This document shows, in pieces, positions 11,301-24,303 of a DNA stretch of 46,661 bases (positions are counted from its first letter, which is position 1; each line of letters opens with the position of its first letter). The position numbers were made by a program, and so were the translations under genes. The notes below the pieces were generated by a model. That model had not been told where the DNA came from and did no database searches. It saw only the letters and a program-made list of their open reading frames with translations. Source of the stretch: Fonticula alba ATCC 38817 (taxonomy: Eukaryota; Protista; Nucleariida); NCBI GenBank assembly GCA_000388065.2, contig KB932202.1; one strand, 5' to 3'.

Positions 11301-13213
11301 TCCTTCCTCTTCCTCCTTTCCTTTTTTCTTCTCTCCTCGCCCTTCTTCTCCTCGCCCTTCTTCTCCTTGCCCTTCTTCTCCTTGCCCTTCTTCTCTTCGC
11401 CCTTCTTCTCCTCCGCACCACACTCACATCCAACGCCCAGCTGCTGACCGAGAGCCAGCTCGAGCGTCTGGCGGCCGAGCTGGCAGCCGACCGGCCGACG
11501 GCCGGCCCGGATGCCCAGCATGTCGATGCCTTCCAGCTGCAAGTACATGCACGCGGCCTGCTCAGCCGCTTCCCCCTGAGGCATTGGCCGGTGGCCCCGG
11601 CTGGCATGCCGCAGGGTGCCATTGCCCCGCCCCCCCGGGCCGGGGTCTTCCCCGCGCCCGTGGATGATCGGCCCTTGGCGGTCATTTTGCAAACGGCCGC
11701 CGGACCCCTGGACCCGGTGGTCCGGGCACAGCTCCTGGCCCGGGTGGAGAACAACCCCGCACGGCATGCGGGCCTGCTACGCCGGTGGGCGGCCCTATGG
11801 CTGGCCCCCGGGGGCGGCCAGTGTGCCGGGTCGCTGGAGCTCCTGTCGATGCTGCTATTGACCGAGGCCAGCCCGGGGGCCGGGGCCGGGGCCACCAACC
11901 CGCTGCAGGCGGGCATCCCGCCGGGCGGGACGCGCGTCGGCCCGGTGGCGGCGCCGGACCAGTCGGACGCCCTGCAGGCGGCCATGTGCCAGCTGGCCAG
12001 CGTGGCCCTGCAGCTGGACTACCTGGAGGAGGTGTCCACGGCCGGGGACTGTGGCGGCGCGGCGGCCGCCGGGACCGGGGTGTGTGGCGACTGTGCCGGG
12101 CCGGCGGGCACCCGGTCGGGGCTCCTTCCCCCGACTCCGGCCAGCTGGCTGCCAACAACTGGCCGCGCGGTTGCCGAGCACCTGGCCGCGCGGAGGCCGG
12201 ACCCCTCGCCGGCTGGGGCCTTCCTGGCGCGGACCTTCGCCCAGTCGGCCCTCTTTGATGAGGAGGACGACCTGTCGGAGGAGGACGCATGGCCCGGCCC
12301 GCCGGCGGTGGCCGCCACCGCCACCGCCACCGCCGCCGACACGCCGGCCGCCCAGGAGGTCCTCTTTCAAATGCACCGGCGCGTGGGCGAGGACCTGGCC
12401 GCCGGCTCGGCCCCGGTGGGCACGCTCTTTGTGGACCAGGCGCGTAGTGCGCGCGCCTGCCGGCGCTCCGGCTCGGCCAGCCTATTCCAGCAGTCGCAGC
12501 TGGACCAGGTGCGCATCTGGCTGCGCCACGCCCTGGCGCTGGTCGGCCTGGCCGAGGCGTGCATCGGCCGGGCCGAGCACCGGCCCCAGGCCGGAGCCCC
12601 CCGCGGGCCGGCCCTCTGGCACACCCTCGCCGCGGCTCGGGCGGTGACCGACCGCCTGGCGGCCGCACTCGGGGCCATGGCCGCCCCTCGCCATGGGGCC
12701 ACTCTGGGCTCTTCGGTGGCCGGCGGGGCCGGGCTGTCCCGCGTGCAGGAGGAATGCCGCGTGCAGCTGCTCCTTTGCCAGGTGCGCCTGGCCGCGGGGA
12801 ATTTGGCCGGGCTTGCCACGCGCGCCGGGCAGCTGGCCCAGCCTGTGCCTTGCGCCCGGCGGCCGGCGGCTGGCCCGAGTGTGTCGCCCGGCGGCCGGCC
12901 GACCTGGATGCGGGGCATCCGCCCGGCCATGGCGGCCGGCCGGCGGCCTGGCCCCCCGACGGCCCCCCCATCAAATGCCCCGCCAACGCTGGGGGCTTCC
13001 TCGGCCGAGGCACTGCTCCAGGCAGCCGACAGCCTGCTGAAGTCCGCGGTCCAGGCCGAGGACAAGCGCCTGTTGGAAAGTGCGCTGGTGGTCCGGGCAG
13101 CTGTCCTGGACCTGGGGCAGAATTACACCGACGTGCCGTTGACACCGATTGCCAGCAGCAGTGGCCGCCAGTCTCAGTCCACCCGACAGTCGTTCCTCAG
13201 CCTGCAGGGGTAG
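8363..13213 (+). CDS. APC5: Large helical protein, probable divergent anaphase-promoting complex subunit 5 (APC5) with long Ala/Gly/Pro-rich insertions; 5' end in the gap
   Basis: Model join(<8363..8659,8792..8947,9084..9108,9256..9553,9690..10939,11104..11174,11441..13213); the small exon near 9084 is uncertain. Collinear motifs resemble remembered human ANAPC5: LSPHRVTCFSLL ~ VTPYKIAVLVLL; GLRFGH ~ HCRFGH; EARRLAQDQGD ~ EAIRIAQESND; HCWTLFGFTTIA ~ AIWRLYGRSTMA; AAMCQLA ~ VALCHLA; AEALLQAADSL ~ AEALEAAIENL. Confidence 0.6.
11336..11410 (+). repeat. Intronic 15-nt tandem repeat (CTCGCCCTTCTTCTC and variants), ~5 copies
   Basis: Read directly; lies inside intron 11175-11440. Confidence 0.85.
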
Positions 13214-13321
13214 GGGGCCGTCCGTCCGGTGCCTTCTTTCCCCCCCCCCCCCCCCCCCGGCACCCGGCTGGGCCCCCACCAATAGACATCTCGGCCTCGT
13301 CTGATGGGCCGGGGGAAAAAA

Positions 13322-13372
<51 letters not shown>

Positions 13373-13522
13373 TGCCAGGGGCCGCCAGGGCAAACCAAGA
13401 GCAGGCAGGCGCGCGATGGTGAATCAAAGGTGCTCATGTTTGGGTGACATTCTCAAGGACATGGGGAGGGGGGGGGAGGGGCGGAGGGGCGGGGCATGTG
13501 CGAATGCGCCCGAGGGGCGCCG

Positions 13523-16423
13523 CTACAGCGGGTCGACCCAGCCCTCGAGGCCAAAGGAGCTGGCCAGGAACTGCAGCAAGTCGCGTTCCCCGACGCGCGT
13601 GCTCCGGCCGTCGGGCAGCTGCGCGCGGATATACCCCCGCCGGGCGTTGAAGCTGATGGTGGAGCTAGATCGGCGGGCCAAGGGGGATCCCCGGGAGAAC
13701 CAAGGACGGAGAGAGGGGGTGTGTGCGCGTGTGAGAGGGGGCATTCGATGACAGAGGCAGAGGGAAAAGGGCGGGGCGGTCGCCCCCCCCCCTTCTCCCC
13801 CTCCCACTGCCCAGAGCAGGTGGAGGGAGGCCACGCACTGGTTGAAGGTGGCCGTGCCGACGTAGACCGCCGACGAGAGTGGCTCCAGATTGGCCGAGAA
13901 GGTGTCCGGCATGGGAGGACGCTCGGCCACGAAGGCATCCAGCGCGGGGAGCTCCTCGCCAGGCGCGAGCTCGGCCCCGAGGCGAGCACTGGCCGCCAGG
14001 AGGGCAGCCTGGTAGGCGCGCATGCGGGCGCGGTTCCGATGGCGCACGGCCCGGGCGATGGCGTCCGTCGCCTCGGCAAAGGCCTTGTTCGTGATGTAGT
14101 GCCGCAGAAGCCCGTATGTCTCATCTAGGAGCTCCGGACTGCCAGGTACGTGGGAGGAGCAGCGTGAGGGGGAGGCAGGTGAGGTGAGTGGCATGTCGGT
14201 GGGGAGGGGGGAGAGGAGGGGGTAGGGAGGGGTAAGGGGGCAGAAACAAGGAAGAACAGGGAAGAGCACGGAGGACCAAGGAGGGGCAGGAAGGGACAGG
14301 CAGAAATAAGGAGCAACATGCAGAGACAGGAGGACAGAGAGAGAGAGAGAGAGAGAGAGAGACACGTGGCAAAGGGGTGCGCGTACCCGGAGGAGGCGCC
14401 GCCAGCGGCCGCCGCCGCCGTCGCCGCCGAGAGGGAAAGCTGTGCGAAGGCCGGCTGACTGGTTGCCAGACCGGGGATGCAGGTGGTGGCGGAGATGGTG
14501 TCCCGCCGGCGGGAGAGCAACCCCCGCAGGGCACACCGACGCAGGTGGTGCGCGGCCGAGGAGCAAATAAAGGCATCCGCGTCCGGGCCCGGGAGCGGAG
14601 CCTCATCGGCCTCGGCCTGTTGGGCATCCTCCAACGGGGTGGTATTCCGGCCATAGCGGATGCCAAACCGGTGGAAGGAGTCCAATTGCATGTCGACCGC
14701 CGACTGGGGACCACCGGGGGCATTAGGCCCACCGCCGGGGCTGCCGGGCCCGGGCAGGCCGCCCGGGGCATTGGGGCCGCCAGCCGACCCGCCAGGGCCG
14801 GTCCCGGCATCCGTGGCATCACCCGGCCCCGGGTCGGTCCGGTGCTGCACAACCCCGTACGCCCGGCTGCTGGTGGCCTCGCGCGAGATCGAGCGGAAGA
14901 GCTCGCTCTCGAAGAGCTCCCGCTGAGCCGCCAGCAGGAACAGATGCGCCGGGTGGGTGAGACCATCTGCAAGCCGGGGATGGTTCACCGTCAAAGGACA
15001 CAGAGAGAGGAGCGGGGCAGGAGGGAGGAGGCCACCGAGCGTGCTAGGTAAGTAAGCAGGAGGAGGAGGCATGGGCAAGCATTCCCCGGCCGGAGGGACA
15101 TATGATAGCAGGCGAGGCCGCGGATGGGGGATAGAGAGAGCGCGCGTGCGAGAACGAGAGAGAGAGAGAGAGAGAGAGAGGGAACGAGTGAGAGAGAGAG
15201 AAGGGGGGGAGGGAGGCGCGGGAGACCGGATGCAGGACGGGGAGGAAAGGGAAAAAGAACAACGCACCACTCAGCGAGAACAGATGCTTCCCCTGGCCGT
15301 AGCTGCTGCCATTGACGTCGAACAGCGGCGTCGGCGAGGTGTTGGCAATGTAGAGATCCAGCTGGAAGAGCGGGGCCGTGGTGACGATCGCCTGGAGAAC
15401 CCAGTCCGGCAGGGCCGCGCATGCCGGATCGCTGACGATGAAGGCCGGCACGGTGGGCGAGAACCGGGGCTTCGGCGCGGCGAAGTACACCACCCCGGGG
15501 CCGTCATCGGCATCGTGCATGGGCACATCGGCCGGGCTGGCGGCATCGGCCCCGGCCGGCCCCGGCAGGCGGAGGGCCTTCGAGGGACGGAAGTACCGCG
15601 GGACATACTCGTCAGCCGGCGGGGCGGCCAGCGACCGGCGGAGCTCCCGCCGGCGCCGGCACAAGTAGCTGAACAGCTGCGGGGGCAGGGTGTCCAGCGG
15701 GAAGACCGCCCGCCGGGGCCCATATGCCAGGGACAGCCGGGGGACGCTGTTTTGTGCCAGCGGGGCCTCGGTCGGCTGGCCGGGGACCAGCTCCGCCAAG
15801 CCCGGCGACTGGAAGGCCGGCACGTCGCCCGGCGCATGGGGAGCCACCGACCGCGGCCGGTAGGAGAAGTCCACGGTCCAGGGCCGGAAGCCCGGAGCCC
15901 CGCCCCGGGGCTGGGGCTGGGTCTCAACCACCCACCGCCGGCGGAGGGACAGGACGTCGGCCTCGAAGCGCCGAGAGGCGTGGTGCTGCGCGCGCATTCG
16001 CGCCGCCTCCTCCTTCAGCCGGTCCGAGCACCGGGTGAAGGCCTCCCGCCGCTGGCCCAGTCCGCCCAGCAGGGAGCTCAGCTGCTGCGAGGGGCGCGGC
16101 CGCGAGGCCGCCGTGAAATCGATCGGCAGGAGGCTCAGCAGCGGGGCCGGCAGGACCGGGCCCGCCCCCGCCCCGGGAAGCCCGCCGGCAAAGTGGTGGC
16201 TCATGTCCTGCGCATGGTCCAGGATGTCGCGCACAATGGCCAGCTCATTGAAGGTGTGACTGGGAAGCCGCGTCAGCCGGTGGCGTGTGCCCGGGCTTCG
16301 GGGCGACAGGGCGAGGGGGATGCGCGGGCAGGCAGGCAAGTGACAGGGCTAGATCGCGACGGCGCACCTCAGGAGCTGGGACATCTCGGCCATCGGGGTG
16401 GTGTGCTGCTGAGCAGCTTGCTG

Positions 16424-16466
<43 letters not shown>

Positions 16467-17282
16467 GTGGTTTGCTTCGGGGAAATGGCCCCGGAAGAGG
16501 GATCGGCCGGAGCGCTGCCATCCGCCGACTCGGCCGACTCGGCGCTGGCCGGCCGCATCCGCCCAGCACGAGCGACACCCGAGAGGATGAAAGACTCGTG
16601 GACAATGCGCCGGAGGCGCTCGTCCGAAGTGACGATCCTGCAGGCAGGATGGCCCGGGGGGGGGGGGGGGGGGGGGGGAATGGCAGCAAGAGGGACGGTC
16701 AGGGCGCGGGTGGAACGCCCAGAGAAGGAGCGAGGCAGGAGACGAAGGAATGGAGCCCGCCCAGCAGGACAGGCCGCCACCGGGGGCCCGCCACGTACGG
16801 CAGATAGTCCACCTTGCTGTCCGGGTGCACAAGGTACAGCTCTGGCGGAGCCAGACGCGGCTCGAGCGGGAGGAACCCCACGTCCGAGGGGGCAGACGGC
16901 GGGCCGGCCGGCAGGTCGGCCCGTGGCAGCTCGACGAAGATGTCCGAAGTGCCATCCTCGGCATCGGGGTCATCGCGCCCGTTGCTGTGGCTTCCGCCGG
17001 GCGAGTCGCGCATCTCCACATCTGCGAGCACCCCCGGCCGGTGGGCAAAGAACGATCGAAGGCGGGTCAGAGGTGGGCACTGGCGCATAGGCGGGCGTGG
17101 GCCGGGCCGGGCCGGGCCGGGGCAATCCCCGCGGCGGGGAGGGCGGAGGGGGAGAGACACACACCTGTGCTATCTGAAGGGGAGCCCGGTGCCAGGGCGG
17201 GGCTGGGTGCGTCGGCCGGCCGGTCCGGCTGAAGATCCTCGCCACGGAGAGGGGAGGGGACGGCGGCACTAGGGGAGGACAT
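13523..17282 (-). CDS. MED17: Mediator of RNA polymerase II transcription subunit 17 (Med17/Srb4)
   Basis: Model complement(join(13523..13664,13839..14138,14387..14966,15268..16259,16368..16637,16799..17021,17165..17282)); phases are consistent. Motifs match remembered Med17: LLSHTFNELAIVRDIL ~ LRNALTEMCVLYDVL; FEADVLSLRRRW...VDFSYR ~ FNSELLRLRQHW...GDLSYR; AAQRELFESELFRSISREA ~ AAQNVLLCKEIFAQLSREA. Contains a poly-Q tract. Confidence 0.85.
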
Positions 17283-18174
17283 GGCACACCATGGGAGAGG
17301 GAAGCAAGCGACGTGGGGGAGGGAGGGGGAGAGAGAGAGAGAGAGAGAGGGAAAGAGGAGGGGGAGGGGGAGGGGCAGATGTCGGGCGGGGAGAAATGGC
17401 TGGCTGGGTGGTGGGGGGCGGGTGGTGGTGGCGGTCATCCGGGCGAGCCCGCGGTCCGGCAGCCTGGCGCGAGAAATAATCGACACTCGGCGGCCCCCCG
17501 CGCCCTGAGCATCTAACCAAGTCCAGGAGGGCAGACAGAGGGCGGGAAAACTGCCAGGCGGGATGCCAGGGCGGCACTTCGTTGGGGGTCCGTGCGCCGG
17601 CATTTAGGCATCTGAACATGTGACAGGGGCGATGTCCGGCTGATGCGCGCGGAGGGTCACGCCCGAGCGCGGGGCCTATTTCATTGCAAAGTCGGGTTCC
17701 GGGGGGACTAAATATGCCCGAGCATATATGCCTTCAGGTGCCATTCACGCCCGTGTTGGAAGAGGCAGCCCCCGGTACATCGCCGGCCGCTATCATGGCC
17801 CTTTGGCCGAAAAAAAGAAAAAAAGAAGCAAAAAGGCGGCAAGGAAGGAAGAAAAGAACAAGGTCTTTAACAGGAAGGGGTCTATATGTTCATGGGCGAA
17901 CGGAGGGACAGCCGCCGGGCCAGCCAAGAAAAGAGAGAGGGAGAGATGGAAAGGGCAGGGGAGGGCGCGGCACACATGCCGCGGGCAAGACAGGCGAGAG
18001 GGAGAGGAGGGGGCATGTGGCTGCTTCGGTCGAGGCTGCCCGTGGGCATGGCCGTAAATCGGTTCCCGCCGAGCCCAAGGGTCAACGGCAAGGAAGGGAG
18101 GGGGGAGGAAGAGAGAGAGAGGGGGGGGGGAGGAATCACAAGGACGGGGGAGAAAAAGGCGGACGGGAGGGGCG

Positions 18175-20815
18175 TCAAGTCTGGGAGAGGGAGAGGCCGG
18201 AGGCCGACCGCTCGCACAGGGGCTCGAGATAGCCGCCGCTGGAGCCAGGCCGAGGGTGGTGGTCGGCCGTCTGCTGGCTGGAGTGGAGGTGTTGATGATA
18301 GGTGTGGACCGCCGGCGGAGAGGCCGGGGCCGGCCCGCTGCCGCCGGCCCCGGGGCCAAGCTGCTGATGGTGCTCCGGGTGCGTCGGAGTCTGCGGCGAG
18401 GCCACCGATGTCGAGCGCGTGGTCAGCGACGGGGAGGAGGGCGTCGAGGAGAGAGACCGGTTCCGGTAGAAGACCGGCGACGAGGGGTGCGACAGGGGAG
18501 CCCCGGCGACCGAGGAGCCGAGGCCCGGGGTCGGCCCGGCGGGGGCGCCGCCCCGCGACCCGGCATGCGTCGAGATCGACAGGGCCGGCCGGGCCGAGGC
18601 CGACCGCAGCCGCTGGTACGGCTCCGGCGAGACCCCATTCCCGGGGCCGGTGGCCGCCGCGGTGGCCGCCAGCCCCGCCATCGGGCTGCTCGACAGGAAG
18701 GCGCCGGGCTTGCCGGAGACAGCAAGGGCATCGGCCCCGGCCCCGGCCCCAGTGCCCGGGGCCCCAGCCATGCCCGAGTGGTAGAACCCCCGCGTGTTGC
18801 GATGCATGCCGGGGCCGCCGGCCGGCGGGGAAGCCATGTCCAGCGTGGCCGGCGGGGAGGAGGGCCGCGAGTGCTTTGACGAGTACTTGTGCCCCCCCTG
18901 TCCGGGCTGGGGGAAGCCCTGGTGCGTGTTGAAGCCCTGCCGGAGCTGGGCCGACATCTTGCGGAAGGTGCCGATGAAGAACTTCGACAGCGACTCATTG
19001 ACCTCCTTCTGGGACACCTGCACCGGGGGAGCCAAGCGCGAGGGGTCCGTGTGCTTGAGCCACATGCGGGCCGCGTCGAGGGCCGCCTCGGACCCGGCCG
19101 GGTAGCCGGACAAGGCGGTCAGGGTCCACCGGTGCTGCTTGATTTGGGCGATGGTCAGTCGCTGCAGGGGGTTCTTGGTGAGCATCCCCTGGAGGAGGTC
19201 CACCAAATCGGGGTTCAGCCAGTCGGGGTAATGGGGCCTGCGGGGGGGGGGGGGGGGGGGAGTATGGCAGAACGATGGGGTGTGAGTGGCACATCGGCAA
19301 GGTGGGCGAACAGTGGCCAGGAGGGGGGCAGGCACACGCACTCGGTCTTCAGGATGACCTGGTAGAGCTCAAACTCGTTCTCCGCCCAGAAGGGCAGCTT
19401 CCCGGTGGCGAAGGAGTAGAGCGTTACACCGAGGGCCCAGATGTCAATGGCATGCGAGATGGGTGGCGATTCTATGTACGCGCGTGTGTGTGTGCGTGTG
19501 TGTGTGCGTGTGTGTGTGTGTGTGTGGTGGGGAGGGAAACGAGGTCAGCAAAGGGACACGCGAGGGAAAAGAAGCGAGAAAAACCGATGGAGAGAGAGAG
19601 AGAGAGAGGGGGGGGGGGGAACACCCCCACAAGACATGGGCGGGTCACGCACTGTTGCCGGAGGCAGGACCGGTGCCGGCGTCCACGGGCGACGGGCCGC
19701 CATGGCGCGACTGCCCGCCGCCGGCCGTGCCACCTCCAGACCCGCTCAGATGCAGGGAAATGTTCCGCAGGGCTGAGTCGGTGGCCGAGCGCCCGCGCTG
19801 CTGCTGGTACTGCTGCTGGGACACCCGGTCGATGGAGGAGGAGGACCCCCCCCCGGGACCGGAGTCGCTGGTGGACCGCTCGGACATCGCCCCCGCCGGC
19901 CAGGGGACCAGCCTCGAGGACGACTGCCCGGAGGAGGAAAAGAGCCCCGAGAGACGCCGCTGACTGCTGCCGACCGGGTGCTGCGGGACTGGCGTCGCCT
20001 GGGCCGAGCCAGGAGCATAATCGGCTCCCATCGAGAGCCCCGGCCCACCGGCCGAGCCACAGGCCGCCGTGGTCGAGGAGGTGGACGACACCGAGACCGA
20101 GCGCCGGTGCGCGGCGCCGGGGTCCCCATCGACCGGCCGGAAGGCCGGCGGCATTGGCGACTCCTCCGGCGCCAGGTAGGCAGACGAGGTGGAGCTCGAC
20201 CGGGATGACCTCAGGGACTGCGACAAGAGCGACACCGAGGAGGCACGCGACGAGTCACTCAGCGGCCCGGTGTTAAAGCGCCCAGTCACGCCGACCGGAG
20301 ACCCGGGGGCCGTGGACGCCGAGGACGTCGGGCCCGGCGTACCGGGCCCGGCCATCGGGCCCGAGACGGCCACCCCCGTGGCAGCACCATTCCCCGGGGC
20401 CGGGTCGGCATCAGCCCAGGCGTCGGTCGCCAGACGCAAATTCGTCGGCGACAGCCGGCTGAGGCTGGTGTGCGAGGAGTCAGCCGCCAAGGGCGCCTCA
20501 AAGAAGGAGTCCATGGTCGACGTCAGGCAAATGTCCTGGTCGGGACTGGCCGTGTCGTCGGCATGGGCAGGGGCCGTTGTCGGGGCCACCACCGACGATG
20601 ATGCCACCCCGGGCGGCACCGGCGGCCGCTCGGCCGCCGAGGGGAGGATGGTCACACGCGGGCCGGTCGGCAGGTCCGGCGCCGCGTCCACCGACTCGGT
20701 CGACGAGGAGGCAGTGCTGCGAGTGCGCTGGTGTGCCAGAGAGGAGCCGCTGGCGGCGACCACCGAATCCCGACGGAAGAAGCGCCCTGTTGACTCGACA
20801 CCCGAGGAAGAGGAG

Positions 20816-20847
<32 letters not shown>

Positions 20848-22020
20848 GGAGGAGGAGGAGGAGGAGGAGGCCACGGAAGCGGTGGCACTGCCATACCCAA
20901 AGCGGTCGCCGGACCCGCCGGCCGGGCCGGCATCCGCCCTGTCCTGATGGTCATGATGGTGACCATAGTGATGGTGAGGATGGTGATGGTGGTGGTGATG
21001 GTGGTGGACATGGTGCTGGGGGGGTTGCTCCTCGTCCTCGGCATCCTCGCCGGTCGGCGCCTGTCCCGGCACCCGGCCGTCCGTGTCTTCCAGCGGCTCG
21101 AGATGGTCGTGGAGCTGATGGTGGAAGTGCATGTGATGCATATGGTGCAGATCATCCAGCGGAGCCCCGCCATCCTCATCGTCATCATTATCGTCATCCT
21201 CGTCCAGCATGTCGCACAGGTACTCCCCGCCACCGCGGGCCATGGCAGAGGCCGAGCCCCCGCCGCCGGTGGACTCATCCTCCGAGTCCAGGCATAGGGT
21301 CCGCAGCAGCTGCGTCACATCGTCATCATCCACGGCGCAGAGCTCCGGCGCGAAGAAGGCCGGCGTGCCGGCCGTCTTGGCCAGGGCCACCTCCTCCGAT
21401 TCCTCGGACACATGGCTGGCCGTCCCGCCCCCGGTCAGGGGAGAGAGCCCGCCATCTGAGGCGCCGCTTTGCGTCCGCCGGCGGAAGCGCCGCCACAGGC
21501 GTGATGGGGCCCGGTGCTTGCTCGGGTTGACGACCTCGGGCTTCAGGTACGACACGCCGAAGTCCGAGATCTTCACATGCGAGCGGGTACTGTCGAGGAG
21601 CAGATTGGCCGGCTTGATGTCGCGGTGGACAATCCCCTGGTAGTGGACTGGGCGCGGGTGCAGAGCAAGGGCGACGAAAAGGCCGACAGAAGGGGGCACA
21701 TGGAGTCGGGGTCAGGACAGGGGGCGGGGGGGGGGGGGGGGCGCGGCAGAGGGCAAGCCTGGAGGATGGGAAGCCTGACGCACGGAATTCCAAGCCGAGG
21801 AGAATTTCACGGAAATAGTGCCGCACACGATCCTCGCACATGATCGGCCCATCGACGCTCGGGTCTTGGTAGGGGATGGCTCCGCCCTCCATGTATTCGA
21901 GGACTGGGGGGGGGTGTCAGAGGGCGATCGTCATTCACATAGGGGGGGGGGGGATCCCCCGCTGGGGGGGGAGGAAAGGAAAGAGCAGGAGGGAAAGGGG
22001 CGAGAAGAAACAGAACAAAT

Positions 22021-22051
<31 letters not shown>

Positions 22052-24270
22052 GGGTCGCGTACCCATGAAAATCTTGTTGCTCGACGGGTCGTCGATGACC
22101 TCGATCAGGCGCACCACATGCGGGTGGTTAACCTTCCGAAGGATGGCAATCTCACGGAGGGCGCGCGTGTGGGGATCATCGCCGGCCCGATTGCGCAGGC
22201 CGCCCCAGGACCGGCTGGACCGGGGGACCTTGTCGACGATCTTCATGGCATACACATTGGACGTGCGGGTGCAAATGCACCGGTACACCTTGCCATGGGC
22301 TCCGACGCCCACGACCCCGCCCAGGTGGTAGCCATTGATCATGCGCCGGCCGTCGGGGGCCTTGTCCACTTCGAGCGAGCGCGTTTCCCGGGTCGGCAGC
22401 GGAGGTGCAGGGCCCTGGCCGGGCACCGACCCAGACACCGGCCCGGCCCCCGGGAAGGGCATGGCCGGCGAGGGGGCCGGCGAGGGGTGCGGCGAGAGCA
22501 GCGGCGAGTGCGATGCCGATGCCTGGGCCCCGGCGTGATATGAATGCAGGTAGAGCCCGGCCCCGGGGCTCATGCTCTCCGGGTGCACATGGTACGAGTA
22601 CTGATACGGGTGGTGATGCGGGTGATGATACGGGTGATGGGGGGAGGCGTGGGGGGTGTCGGGGCCCTGCTGGCCGCCGGCCACCGGGGGCGCGTCATCC
22701 AACCGCGAGGACACATACAGCGGCGGGGACATGTCCAACACCGGCAGCGAGGGGGAGGACAGGGAGGTCGGCGACGGGCCGACCACCCCGTGCCCGGCCC
22801 CGCGCGAGGGGCTCTGCCCATAGGCCGTCATGGATGAAGTGCGCCCGAGGCGGATGAAGCGCCGGGCCCCGGAAGAAGACCCAGACCCGGACCCGGGGGT
22901 GCCGGCCCCGGCCCCGGTGCCGATGGCGGTCGCGGTGGCCGCCAAAGGCACCGGCATGCTGGCCGGCGGGTAGACCACCGCAAAGTGCCCCGGCGGCAGG
23001 GAAGCCAACGTGTGAAGGGAAGTGGTGGAGGAGGAGTGCGATGTGTGAAGGGAGCCCCCGGCCCCGGGGCCGAAGGCCACCGACTGCGAGGAGTAGGTTC
23101 GCCCGCGAAGCAGCGGCGCCGGGCCCGACGGGCTGACCAATGGCGGCCCCTCGGCGCCGGAGGACGATTGGGGCACACTGCCGGGCCAGGCCCCGGCGTC
23201 GCCACCGGCCGGAGACATGCCCAGCCCGGGGGAGGTGGCCCCGGTGATCGGGCAATTGGCCACGGCCGAGCTGAAGCTCAGGCGACTGCCGCGCGGGAGC
23301 TGGTGCAGGCCCTCCATGGACCCGGAAACCAGGGCCCCACCGCCACCGGGGAGGGGAGCCGCCACGCCGGAGGAAGCCGACGACGAGGCCGAGGACGATC
23401 CCGACCCGGAAGCCGAAGACAGCGGTGGTGACGCCAGTGCCAGGGAGGACGGCCCGGGGAGGAGTTCCCGATCGCCGCCCCAGGCCCGATTGGCATGGGA
23501 CCCTGGCTCCAGGCAGGAGGCTGCGCGAATGCGCCCGCCGCCGCCGCCGCCGCCGCCATGTGCCGGCCCCAAGTGCTCGGCAACCGGCCCGACCGGATGC
23601 GGCGAGGGGAAGAGCACACGCGTGCCGACTGGCCCGCCGGCGCCGGGGCCCTGCCCGCCGGGACCGGCACCGGCACCGGCACCGGGGGTCGGGTAGTGCA
23701 GGAAGGAGGATCCAGTGCAGATGGATGGCAGGGGCGATGCACACTTGAAGGGGGCCACCGGCGAGGCGCAGATGATGGGGGCCGCGGGCCCGGGGACCGG
23801 GGTCCCGGGCCCGGACATGGACAGCAGCTGCTCCGTGGACATGGAGGCAGGGTGCATGGCCAGCATCAGGGGATGCCCGCCGGGGGCGAATGGCAGGCCC
23901 GGCGGCGGCGGCGAGCCGGGGACCATGACCGGCGGGGGGGTCGGCGAGAAGACCTCCGACGCAAAGGGCAGCTGGTGCGTGGGCGAGGACACCGGCGAGA
24001 AGGAAGTGAAGGTCATGCTGCCGTTGCCGGCCATCAGGAACTCGGCTGAGGGGGCGCTCTCGACCATGGACACGCCGGAATCCTGCGAAGGCGACCCGAC
24101 GATGCAGAGACACTGTGTGGGGTTGTATGTCCGGACATCATTGGGTCGTGGGAGCCGGGGCCGGAGCAGGCAGGAGGGCCGAGGGCAGGCAGGAGGGGAC
24201 GAGGAGGTGAGCAGGAGGGCATGCTCCACAGCAAGATGTGGCCTCGGAAGGAGAGAGCGAGAGCGAGAGC

Positions 24271-24303
<33 letters not shown>

